64,000 bases of DNA from Anaeramoeba ignava BMAN (taxonomy: Eukaryota; Protista; Anaeramoebae). The translations under genes were made by a program, and so were the position numbers. How positions within the stretch are numbered: the stretch's first letter is position 1; every line of letters starts with the position of its first letter. Below the pieces are notes generated by a model. That model made no database searches. It was not told the DNA's origin and worked only from the letters and a program-made list of their open reading frames with translations. Where the stretch lies: NCBI GenBank assembly GCA_028826165.1, contig JAPDFW010000058.1:1-64000 (forward strand), given 5' to 3'. This document shows positions 37,035 to 49,002 of this stretch, piece by piece.

Positions 37035-38453
37035 ATGGCTATAAGATATTTATGGGGATATATTTCTTTAATTTGCAGTATTTTACTTGTAAAAATCACA
37101 AAAAAAAATTTTTTACACAAACGCATTTTTCAAAAAACTAATTTAGATTATATAAATAAATTGCGAATAAAAATTCTAAAATAACTTTATAAATAAATTA
37201 ATAATCAATTTTAATCAATAATTCTCAATTTAATTAATAAATAAATTAATAAAAAATAAATTTTTAAAATAAATTAATAAATAAATTAATAAATAAATTA
37301 ATAAATAAATTAATAAATAATTTAATAAATAAATTTATAAATAATTTTATAAATAAATTTATAAATAATTTAATAAATTAATAAAATTTCAAAAAAAATA
37401 ATTTAATTAAAAATAAATTTTTAAATAAAAATAAATATAATTTTAATAAATAAATTAATGAAATAAATTAATAAATAAAATTAATAAATAAATTAATTTA
37501 AATTAAAAAAATAAATTAATAAATAAATTAATAAATAAATTAATAAATAAATTAATAAATAAATTAATAAATAAATTAATAAAAATAAATTAATAAATAA
37601 ATTAATAAATAAATTAATAAATAAATTAATAAATAAATTAATAAATAAATTAATAAATAAATTAATAAATAAATTAATAAATAAATTAATAAATAAATTA
37701 ATAAATAAATTAATAAATAAATTAATAAATAAATTAATAAATAAATTAATAAATAAATTAATAAATAAATTAATAAATAATTTAATAAATAATTTTATAA
37801 ATAAATTAATAAATAAATTAATAAACAAATTAATAAATAATTTAATAAACAAATTAATAAATAATTTAATAAATAATTTTATAAAAAATTTATATAAAAA
37901 AATTTATATTAAAATTTATATTAAATTTATATTAAATTTATAGACTATTATATCAATGTCAACACCATATTTATGGACAGAAGTATTTTCATCAATTGAT
38001 ACACAAGTATACTGTGGGAATTTTGGGTGTATTTGTAAAGGATGCACAGGAGATTACTCATGGAAATTATCAGACTGGAAAGATGCAGACAAAACAGTTT
38101 ATCGAGCATTGACAGTCAATATAACATTTGAATTAACAGGAGCAATAATATTGATTGTGGCATTGATTTTCCTTCTTCTTCCATTCAAAAAAATATCTTA
38201 TTGGTTGACTTTGATAGGCGGATTTGTTATCACTTTCTCTCTTATTTGCTTTTTGGCAATATTTGAAAGTAGCATGTATTTTATTAACTTACAAAAAACT
38301 GAACAAGTTTCTTTTGCTGCTTGGAATTATTCTGTTTCTGTTGGCTTAGAATTGGCTGCTATTGTTTGTGCTTTGTTTTGCTTTTATGTTGTCAGACTTG
38401 AAAATCTTTATTCAAGAAAAGATATCAAATTTGTTAAAAGTCTTTTGAACTAA
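37035..38453 (+). CDS. Claudin/PMP22/amastin-like four-TM membrane protein, 2 exons (37035-37088, 37944-38453)
   Basis: TM1 split by a repeat-filled intron, then W..G.FGC.C..C extracellular loop and three further hydrophobic helices. Confidence 0.6.
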
Positions 38454-38902
38454 AAAAAAAACAAAAACAAAAACAAAAAAAAGGGAGAAGGAAAGAACAT
38501 TTGACTTTTAATTTCTTTTTTGATCAATTTTCTAAATCAATTCCTTTTATTTTTATTTTTCTTTTTCTTTTTTTCTTTTAATTCCACTTTTTTCTTTTTT
38601 CTTTTTCTTTTTACAAATAATTATTTCCAAAGTTGAGTCAAAATTATTTTTAAATAAAAAAAAAAAAAAATAATTTAAAAAAAAAATTAATAAAAAATAT
38701 GAGAGCTGAAACCAATTTTATGTTTAAAAACAATTTAGTTTTTTAATTTCTTGTTTTTTTTTTCATTATTTTATTTTTTTTCTTTTATTTTTTCTTATTA
38801 TTATTTTTCTTTTTTTAAAATAATAAAAAATATTTTTTTCTTCTTTTTTTTTTTTAATTAAGAAAAAAAATTTTTTTCTTTTTTTTTTAGAAACAAATAA
38901 AT

Positions 38903-41900
38903 ATGGATACATTAGAAGTTATTGCACCAAAAGAATTACCAAATGCTTATCTTAAAACATTTGATGAATATAAAGACCTTTATTTAAAAAGTGTTCAAGA
39001 TCCAATTACTTTCTGGAAAGAACAAGCAGAAGAATTTCTAACTTGGGATTCACCATTCGAATCTGTTTTAAATGGGTTATTTTTGTTTTAATTAAATTTT
39101 TTTTATTTATTTTTTTTATTTATTTTTTTTACACGTGTTTTTTGTTTTTTTATTTTATTTAAAAATAGAGAATTAACAAAAGGAAACGTTAAATATTTTG
39201 AAGGTGGAAAATTAAACGTTTGTTATAATTGTGTTGATAGACATTTACCAAAAAAAGCTGATCAAATTGCTTTAATTTATGAAGGAGATGATCCAAAAGA
39301 TACTAAAAATGTTACTTATTCTGAATTAAAAGATAAAGTAAGAAAATCTTCACTTTTTTTTTCCTTTTTTCCTTGTTTTTAAAAAAAAAAATATAATAAG
39401 ATCTTTTTTCTTTTATTTATTATTTCTTTGATCTATTATTTAAATTTATTAAAAAATAATTTGGGAAAAAAAATTTAATTAAATTAATTATTTGATCTAT
39501 TATTGAAATTGACATAAAATTTAATATCAAAAAATTAATATAAAACAAATTGAAAATAAATTCAATTAAAATTAATAATTTAATTTATTATTAATTAATA
39601 TAAAATTAAATAATATAAAATTAATATAAAACAAATTGAAAAATTTAATTAAATTAATTATTTGATCTATTATTGAAATTGACATAAAATTATTATCAAA
39701 AATTGACATCTTTCATCAAAAATTAATATAAAAATTAAAATTGAAAATAAATTCAATTCAATTTAATTATTAAATCTATTATTAATTAATATAAAACTAA
39801 TATAAAATAATTTGGGAAAATAAATTCAATTCAATTTAATAATTAAATCTATTATTAATTAATATAAAATTAAATATAAAATTAATTTGGGAAAACAAAT
39901 TGAAAATAAAATTAAATTTAATAATTTAATCTATTATTAATTAATATAAAAAACATCAAGGTTTGTAAAAAAAATTGAAAATTTATTAAAAAGAATTAAA
40001 ATTAATTAAATCTATTATTGAAATTGACATAAAAATTAATATAAAAATTTGGGAAAATAAATTGTAAAAATCAAATTTAAATAAAAATATTTTAAATCAA
40101 ATCAAATTGAAATAAAATTTAAATCAAAAAAATATAAATAAAATATTGAAAATAAAAATTTAAATAAATATTTTAAATTAAATAAATAAAATTAAAATAA
40201 AAATAAATTGAAAATAAATCAAAAATTTAAAATAAATAAATAAATAAATAAATAAAAATAAATAAATAAATAAATAAATAAAATAAATAAAATATATTTA
40301 TATGCCAACTTGCCTTGAAGCAGTTTATGCAATGTAAAAATCAAATCAAATCTAAATAAAATATTCAAATCAAATCTAAATAAAATCTAAATAAATAAAT
40401 AAAAAGGCTCGCTTGCGCAAGAATAGGAGCAATCCACAGCGTTGTATTTGGAGGATTCAGCGCAAACGCACTAAAAGAAAGAATCCTCGACAGCGAATGC
40501 AAAATTGTATTCACAACAGATCAAGGGATGCGAAAAGGACGACCAGTAAACCTGAAGGAAATTGTAGACGAAGCAGTGAAAGAATTGAAGTGCGTTGAGC
40601 ACGTAATTATACACAAGAACACAGGGGGAAAAATCGATATGCAAGAACCACGAGACATCTGGTTCGAAGAGGGAATTGAACGACAAGAGACAGAATGCGA
40701 AATAGAAAAAATGGATTCAGAATCGGAACTTTTTTTGCTTTACACGTCAGGTTCAACTGGCAAACCCAAAGGAATAGCACACACAACAGCAGGATATTTG
40801 CTTTACACAGCGATCACGTTCCGGTACATTTTCAACTATCACGAGGGAGACGTGCACGCATGCGTTGCGGACATCGGATGGATCACAGGACATTCGTATG
40901 TGGTGTATGGACCGTTGTGTGTTGGAGCGACAAGCATGCTGTTTGACGGTGTACCAATTCACCCCGATGCGTCGCGATATTGGGAGGTAATTGAGAAGCA
41001 CAAGGTCACAACGTTCTACACTTCGCCAACGGCAATCCGTTTATTGATGCAATTCTCGGACGATTATGTGCTCAAACACGACTTGAGCAGTTTACGGATC
41101 ATTGGGTCTGTTGGGGAGCCGATCAATCCCGAAGCATGGCGTTGGTATTACAAAGTTGTCGGACAAGAAAAATGTACTGTTGTGGATACATATTGGCAAA
41201 CCGAGACTGGAGGGGTTATCTTGACCCCGATCCCCTCAGTGACTCCCCTCAAGCCCGGCGCTACTTCGCTCCCTTTCTTCGGCATCCAGCCTGTTGTGCT
41301 CGATCCAAACTCAGGCGACGTTATTGACACGATGGTTGCTGACGGCGTGCTTGCAATCAAGTCGTCGTGGCCTGGAATCGCTCGCTCAATCTACGGCGAC
41401 CACGACCGTTATCTTATGACATATTTCTCCCCTTATCCCGGCTTCTATTTCACTGGCGACTCCGTCCATCGCGACCAGCACGGGTATTTTTGGATCAACG
41501 GCCGTGTTGACGATGTTATTAACGTCAGCGGCCACAGACTCGGCACTATGGAGATCGAGAGCGCTCTTGTCTCGCATCCTGCTTGTGTAGAGGCTGCTGT
41601 TGTCGGCACTCCCCACGATATAAAAGGCCAATCCATCTTCGCCTATTGCACTATCAACCCCCAATATAAACATCTTGACCCTAAAGAACTTGAAGCAATG
41701 CTCAAGAACCAGGTCGCTCAGCAGATTAGCAAAATCGCTATTCCAGACACCATCGTCTTCACAAATACCCTCCCCAAAACTAGATCTGGTAAGATCATGA
41801 GGCGCATCTTGAGAAAGATTTCCACTGACTCAAATCCTAGACAATCTCTTGGTGATATTTCCACTCTTTCTGACCCCGCTGTTGTTGATACTCTTATTAA

Positions 41901-41949
41901 TAAAGTCCAGGAGTTGCTTGGTTTGCCAAAGAGATGTGACTTGCAATAA
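38903..41949 (+). CDS. acs: Acetyl-CoA synthetase (AMP-forming), multi-exon
   Basis: [111 protein letters not shown]. One conserved segment is not found (see findings). Confidence 0.96.
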
Positions 41950-42260
41950 ATCCTCTTTCTCTTTCTCTTTCTCTTTCCTTTTCCTTGATTTTCTTTTTTT
42001 CTTTTTCTCTTTTTTTCTTTTTTGCTTTCCTTTTTTGGAATCCATTTGCTAATAAAAGATTAATTCAAAAAAAAAAATAAAAGTAATTTTAACCCAATTT
42101 AAATAAAGTCATTTATTAACTAGCATTTTATCTGAAAATTTAATTTAAAAATAAAATCAAATTGAATTTAATTTGGTTGTTTTATTGTAAAGAAAAAGAA
42201 AATGGAAAAAAAAGTAAATTCCACTTTTTAATCTTTAAAAAAAAAATTTCTAAATTGTTT

Positions 42261-45200
42261 CTAAATTAAAGGAAAGACGAAAGCAGCAAAGAATCCACCA
42301 GCAAACATTCCACCAATAGCAATCATTGAACGGATTGATAAAGAAGTCATTCCACTAAGTCCATTTCCTGAAGCACAACCTCCACATGTTTTAGCTCCAA
42401 AAATAGAAATAAAACCGCCAATGAAAGCAATAAAAGGATGAAGACCTTGAATAGGGAAAAAAGATTCACTTGTTACTCTTGTGAAAGATGCTCCAACTGC
42501 AACAGCAAAAAGATAAGGAACTTGCCAATAACTTTCAAATCCTCCAAATGCTCCTGAAAAATATGGATGTTTTTTGAAATATTCGGGCCAAATTTTATCA
42601 AGAATTCTTACAATAAAAACATTATATCCAGTTGCTGATCCCATTTCATTAAGCTTTGTAAAGAAAATCAATTTAAAAATCAAAATCAAAATCAATTAAA
42701 TCAAAATCAATTAAATCAAAATTAAAATCAAATTAAATCAAATTCAAAATCAAAATCAAAATCAATTAAATCAAAAATCAATTAAATCAAAATCAAAATC
42801 AAATTAAATCAAAATCAAAATCAAAATTAAATTCAAAATCAAAATCAAAATCAAAAATCAAAATTAAAATCAAATTAAATCAAATCAAATTCAAAAATCA
42901 AATTCAAATTCAAAATTAAATTCAAAATCAAAAATAACTTACAGCAATCAAAATAACTGGAATTTGAGCTGTTCCAATTATGATTCCACAAATCCAAGGA
43001 GGCCAAACTTCATTTTTTAACATTCCCCAAATACTATGATAATCCATAGTAATTAATCCATCAAATTGTTGAAGATCTTTAATTGTTGGAAAGAAAAACT
43101 CAATTAAAAACACTATAAAGAACATTAATGCACTCATTGCAAAAGCAAAATAATGGAATGGAATATGGAATTTCACATCTAATGTATTTGCTTTCATATC
43201 AAATACTTGTTTGGGTTTATAATTGTTAAAACTAGGTTTGAGTAATCCAACAACAATAGATGCCAATAATCCTCCTAATATTGCAGGAATTGCACTAGAA
43301 ACTCTTGATCCTAAAAGATTATTTAATTTAGTTTAATTTGATTTAATTTAATTTAATTTGATTTAATTTAATTTGATTTAATTTAATTTGATTTTGAATT
43401 TGATTTAATTTGATTTAATTTAATTTAATTTAGTTTAATTTAGTTTAATTTAATTTAATTTAATTTAATTTGATTTGATTTAATTTAATTTGATTTGATT
43501 TGATTTGATTTAATTTGATTTAATTTAGGGAAAAATGCTTTTTTTGTTCCACTTTTTATTTACCAAGTTGAGATATAGTAGTTCCTGGACAAGAACCAGA
43601 AAGATAAACTCCTAAGAATATCAAATTAAAATTAAAATTAAAATTAAAATCAAAATCAAAATTAAAATTCAAATTAAAATTAAAATTAAAATTCAAATCA
43701 AAATCAAAATTAAAATTAAAATAAAAATCAAACCAATTCCAAATATAAAACTTCCAACATAAACAAGAAGTTTTTGATTGGGAAGATCAAAACAATATCC
43801 TCTAGCACATCTAAATCTTTCACAGGCACCTGGAATTAAAGAAATAACACCTTTTACAAAAGCAGCAGTTGCTAACGCTGAAAGAAATACTCTCATAAGT
43901 ATAAACGATTTTAGATGAAATTGAGCAACAAAAGCATGTGGATGAAACAAATATCCCTTTTATTTTTATATTTAAAATTAAATTTTAAATTGATTTGATT
44001 TGATTTGATTTGATTTGATTTGATTTGATTTGATTTGATTTGATTTGATTTGATTTGATTTGATTTGATTTAATTTAATTTAATTTAATTTAATTCGATT
44101 TAATTTAATTTAATTTAATTTGATTTAATTTGATTTAATTTGATTTGATTTGATTTGATTTAATTTGATTTAATTTAATTTAATTTGATTTAAATTGATT
44201 TAAATTTAATTTGATTTGATTTGATTTAATTTGATTTAATTTGATTTGATTTAATTTGATTTAATTTGATTTGATTTGATTTGATTTGATTTTGATTTAA
44301 TTTGATTTAATTTGATTTGATTTGATTTGATTTGATTTAATTTAATTTAATTTAATTTGATTTAATTTGATTTAATTTGATTTAAATTGATTTGATTTGA
44401 TTTGATTTGATTTGATTTGATTTGATTTGATTTGATTTGATTTGATTTAATTTGATTTAATTTAATTTGATTTGATTTAATTTGATTTGATTTGATTTGA
44501 TTTAATTTAATTTAAATTGATTTGATTTGATTTGATTTAATTTGATTTAATTTAAATTAATTTAATTTAATTTGATTTGATTTGATTTGATTTGATTTGA
44601 TTTGATTTAATTTAATTTGATTTAATTTAATTTAATTTGATTTGATTTGATTTGATTTGATTTAATTTAATTTGATTTGATTTGATTTGATTTAATTTGA
44701 TTTTGATTTAATTTAATTTGATTTAATTTAATTTGATTTGATTTGATTTGATTTGATTTGATTTGATTTGATTTGATTTGATTTGATTTGATTTGATTTG
44801 ATTTGGTTTAATTTGATTTGATTTGGTTTAATTTGATTTGATTTAATTTAATTTGATTTGATTTGATTTAATTTAATTTGATTTTAATTTAATTTAATTT
44901 AATTTGATTTGATTTAAATTGATTTGATTTAATTTAATTTAATTTAATTTGATTTAATTTAATTTAATTTAAATTGATTTAAATTGATTTGATTTGATTT
45001 GATTTGATTTAATTTGATTTGATTTGATTTGATTTGATTTGATTTAATTTAATTTAATTTGATTTGATTTGATTTAATTTGATTTGATTTGATTTGATTT
45101 GATTTGATTTGATTTGATTTGATTTGATTTGATTTAATTTAATTTGATTTGATTTGATTTGATTTGATTTAATTTGATTTGATTTAATTTAATTTAAATT

Positions 45201-46059
45201 GATTTAATTTAAATTAATTTAATTTGATTTAATTTAAATTAATTTAATTTAATTTAATTTAATTTAATTTGATTTGATTTGATTTGATTTGATTTGATTT
45301 GATTTAATCTGATTTAATTTGATTTGATTTGATTTGATTTGATTTAATTTGATTTGATTTGATTTGATTTGATTTAATCTGATTTAATTTAAATTGATTT
45401 AATTTGATTTAATTTAATTTGATTTGATTTAATTTAATTGAATTTGATTTGATTTTATTTGATTTAATTTGATTTAATTTAATTTAGTTTGATTTAATTT
45501 GATTTAATTTAATTTAATTTAAATTGATTTAAATTGATTTGATTTGATTTGATTTAATTTGATTTAATTTGATTTGATTTGATTTTAATTTGATTTGATT
45601 TGATTTGATTTAGTTTAATTTAATTTAATTTGATTTGATTTAATTTGATTTAATTTAATTTGATTTAATTTGATTTAATTTGATTTGATTTAATTTGATT
45701 TAAATTGATTTGATTTGATTTTAATTTAATTTAATTTAATTTAATTTAATTTGATTTGATTTAATTTAATTTGATTTGATTTAATTTGATTTAATTTGAT
45801 TTAATTTGATTTGATTTAATTTGATTTAAATTGATTTTAATTTAAATTGATTTAATTTGATTTAATTTGATTTTGATTTAATTTAATTTAATTTAATTTG
45901 ATTTAATTTAATTAGAAATTGAATATTATTTACTTTTGATAAACCAATGCCAAAAGCAAATCCTGAGTAAATAACTGCAGCTAATTTAACTGCTAATGGA
46001 TATTGCTTTAATTGTTGTGAAAGATTTGGTGTTGGTGGATGTAATATTGATTTATTCAT
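42261..46059 (-). CDS. YeeE/YedE (sulfur/thiosulfate transporter) family protein, paralog 1, 5 exons
   Basis: GFAFGIGLSK|GYLFHPHAFVAQF..FLSA, GSFIFGIG|VYLSGSCPGT, WPPWICGIIIG, GGFISIFGAKTCGGCASGNGLSG..MFAGG; multi-TM; GT-AG introns. Confidence 0.88.
43985..45910. repeat. (ATTTG/ATTTA)n pentamer repeat filling intron 1 of YeeE paralog 1
   Basis: Directly visible within intron 45933-43957. Confidence 0.95.
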
Positions 46060-46085
46060 GATCAGAAAAAAAAAAGTGAAAGTTG

Positions 46086-46110
46086 AAAAATGATTTTTTC
46101 TACGTGTAAA
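46086..46110 (-). promoter_or_regulatory. Conserved upstream motif (plus strand AAAATGATTTTTTCTACGTGTAAA) of YeeE paralog 1; also at ~48706-48730 and ~51040-51063
   Basis: Same motif lies ~40-50 bp upstream of all three start codons, although adjacent flanks differ. Confidence 0.5.
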
Positions 46111-46370
46111 TAATTCTTTTAAACATTTTTTTTGAGGGAATTATTTTTTATTTTAAAAATTTATTTAAAGATTTGCGAATTATTTTGTTTTAATTTTTTT
46201 TTCTCTTTTTTTCTTTTTCAATTAAAGATTTGGAAATAATTAAATTAAAATTTATTTTTAAATTTGGTTTTTTATTAATTAGTTAATTTTCTTGAATTAA
46301 AGAAAAAGAAAATGGAAAAAAAAGTAAATTCCACTTTTTAATCTTTAAAAAAAAAATTTCTAAATTGTTT

Positions 46371-48676
46371 CTAAATTAAAGGAAAGAAAAAAGCAGCAAA
46401 AAATGCACCAGCAAACATTCCACCAATAGCAATCATTGAACGGATTGATAAAGAAGTTGTTCCACTAAGTCCATTTCCTGAAGCACAACCTCCACACATG
46501 TTTTAGCTCCAAAAATAGAAATAAAACCGCCAATGAAAGCAATAAAAGGATGAAGACCTTGAATAGGGAAAAAAGAATCACTTGTTACTCTTGATAGAAA
46601 TGCTCCAACTGCAACAGCAAAAAGATAAGGAACTTGCCAATAACTTTCAAATCCTCCAAGTGCTCCTGAAAAATATGGATGTTTTTTGAAATATTCGGGC
46701 CAAATTTTATCAAGAATTCTTACAATAAAAACATTATATCCAGTTGCTGCTCCCATTTCATCAAGCTTTGAAACAAAATCAAAATCAAAATCAAAATTAA
46801 AATTAAAATTAAAAATTCAAATTAAAAAGTGGAACAAAATCAAAATTAAAATTAAAATCAAAATCAAATTTAAATTAAAATCAAAATCAAATTAAAATCA
46901 AAATTAAAATTAAAATCAAAATTAAAATTAAAATTAAAATCAAAATTAAAATTAAATCCAAAATCAAATTCAAAATTAAATTAAATTTAAATTCAAAATT
47001 AAATTAAAATCAAAATTAAAATTAAAATCAAATTAAATTAAAATTAAAATCAAATTCAAAATCAAATCCAAAATTAAATCAAATTCAAAATTAAATTAAA
47101 ATCAAAATTAAATTTAAAATCAAAATTAAAATCAAAACTAAAATCAAATCCGAAATCAAATCCGAAATCAAATTAAATTAAATCAAATCCAAAATCAAAT
47201 CCAAATTCAAATCCAAATTCAAAATTAAAATCAAAATCAAAATTAAAATCAAAATCAAAATCAAAATTAAATTCAAATTCAAATTCAAAATTAAATTCAA
47301 AATTAAATTCAAAATTAAATTCAAAACTAAAATCAAATTCAAAATCAAAAATAACTTACAGCAATCAAAATAACTGGAATTTCAGCTGTTCCAATTAATA
47401 TTCCAGCAATCCAAGGAGGCCAAACTTCATTTTTTAACATTCCCCAAATACCATGATAATCCATACTAATTGTTGCATCAAATTGATGAAGATCTTTAAT
47501 TGTTGAAAAGAAAAACTCAATTAAAAACACCATAAAGAACATTAATGTACTCATTGCAAAAGCAAAATAATGGAATGGAATATGGAATTTCACATCTAAT
47601 GTATCTGTTTTCATATCAAATACTTGTTTGGGTTTATAATTGTTAAAACTAGGTTTGAGTAATCCAACAACAATAGATGCCAATAACCCTCCTAATATTG
47701 CAGGAATTGCACTAGAAACTCTTGATCCTAAAAGATTATTTAATTTAGTTTAATTTGATTTAATTTAATTTAGTTTGATTTAATTTAATTTAATTTAATT
47801 TAATTTGATTTAAAATTAGGGGAAAATGTTTTTTTGTTCCACTTTTTTTGTTTTTTGTTCCACTTTTTATTTTTATTTTTTATTTTTATTTATTTACCAA
47901 CTTGAGAAAGCGTAGCTCCTGGACAAGAACCAGTAAGATAAACTCCTAAGAATATCAATTCAAAATTAAAATTAAAATCAAAATCAAAATCAAAATCAAA
48001 ATTAAAATTAAAATTAAAATTAAAATTAAAATTAAAATTAAAATTAAAATCAAATCAAAATTAAAATTAAAATCAAAATCAAAATCAAAATTAAAATTAA
48101 AATTAAAATTAAAATTAAAATTAAAATTAAAATTAAAATTCAAAATTAAAATTAAAATTAAAATTTAAAATTTAAAATTTAAAATTAAAATTAAAATTAA
48201 AATTAAAATTAAAATTAAAATCAAAAATTAAAATAAAAATCAAACCAATTCCAAATATAAAACTTCCAACATAAACAAGAAGTTTTTGATTGGGAAGATC
48301 AAAACAATATCCTCTAGCATATCTAAATCTTTCACGAGCACCTGGAATCAAAGAAATAACACCTTTTACAAAAGCAGCAGTTGCTAACGCTGAAAGAAAT
48401 ACTTTCATAAATAAAAATGATTTGAAATGAAATGAAGCAACAAAAGCATGTGGATGAAACAAATATCCCTTTTATTTTTATATTTAAAATTATTGTTGAT
48501 TATTTTTTTTTAAATCTTTTTTTTGTTGTTATTTTTTTGTTTTTTTTTACTTTTGAAACGCCAAGACCAAAAGCAAATCCCGCATAAATAACTGCAGCTA
48601 ATTTAACTGTTAATGGATATTGCTTTAATTGTTTTGCAAGATTTGGTGTTGGTGGAAGTAATATTGATTGTTGCAT
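46371..48676 (-). CDS. YeeE/YedE family protein, paralog 2 (2-nt insertion frameshift at ~46495-46500; pseudogene or assembly artefact)
   Basis: Same exon structure as paralogs 1 and 3. AAA ACA TGT GT GGA breaks the frame just before GGCASG; the downstream frame is otherwise intact to TAG at 46371. Confidence 0.82.
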
Positions 48677-49002
48677 TACTAATTAAGAAAAAAAGTGAAA
48701 GGAAAAAAATGAATTTTTTCTACGTGTAAATTATTAATAAAAATTGTTTTTAATTTGTTTTTAAAAGGGGAGTCGTTTTTGAATAAACTATTTTTTATTT
48801 TAAAAATTCATTAAAAGATTTGCGAATGATTTTGTTTTAATTTTTTTCTCTTTTTTTTTTTCAATTAAAGATTTGAAAATAATTAAATTAAATTAAAATT
48901 TGAATTAAAAATTGAATTTGGTTTTTTTATTAAAATGTAAAAAAAAAAAGAAAAAGTAAATTCCACTTTTTAATCTTTAAAAAAAAAATTTCTAAATTGT
49001 TT

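Noticed and set aside
40408-41949. High GC of the last ACS exon as evidence of recent bacterial transfer or contamination
   Set aside because: The gene has spliceosomal introns and AT-rich 5' exons, and similar GC elevation occurs in other long exons (RCC1, actin-like, lipid-transfer), consistent with codon bias.
38903-41949. Intein insertion in ACS or other conserved genes
   Set aside because: No in-frame insertion with Hint or homing-endonuclease motifs was seen; proteins are of normal length.
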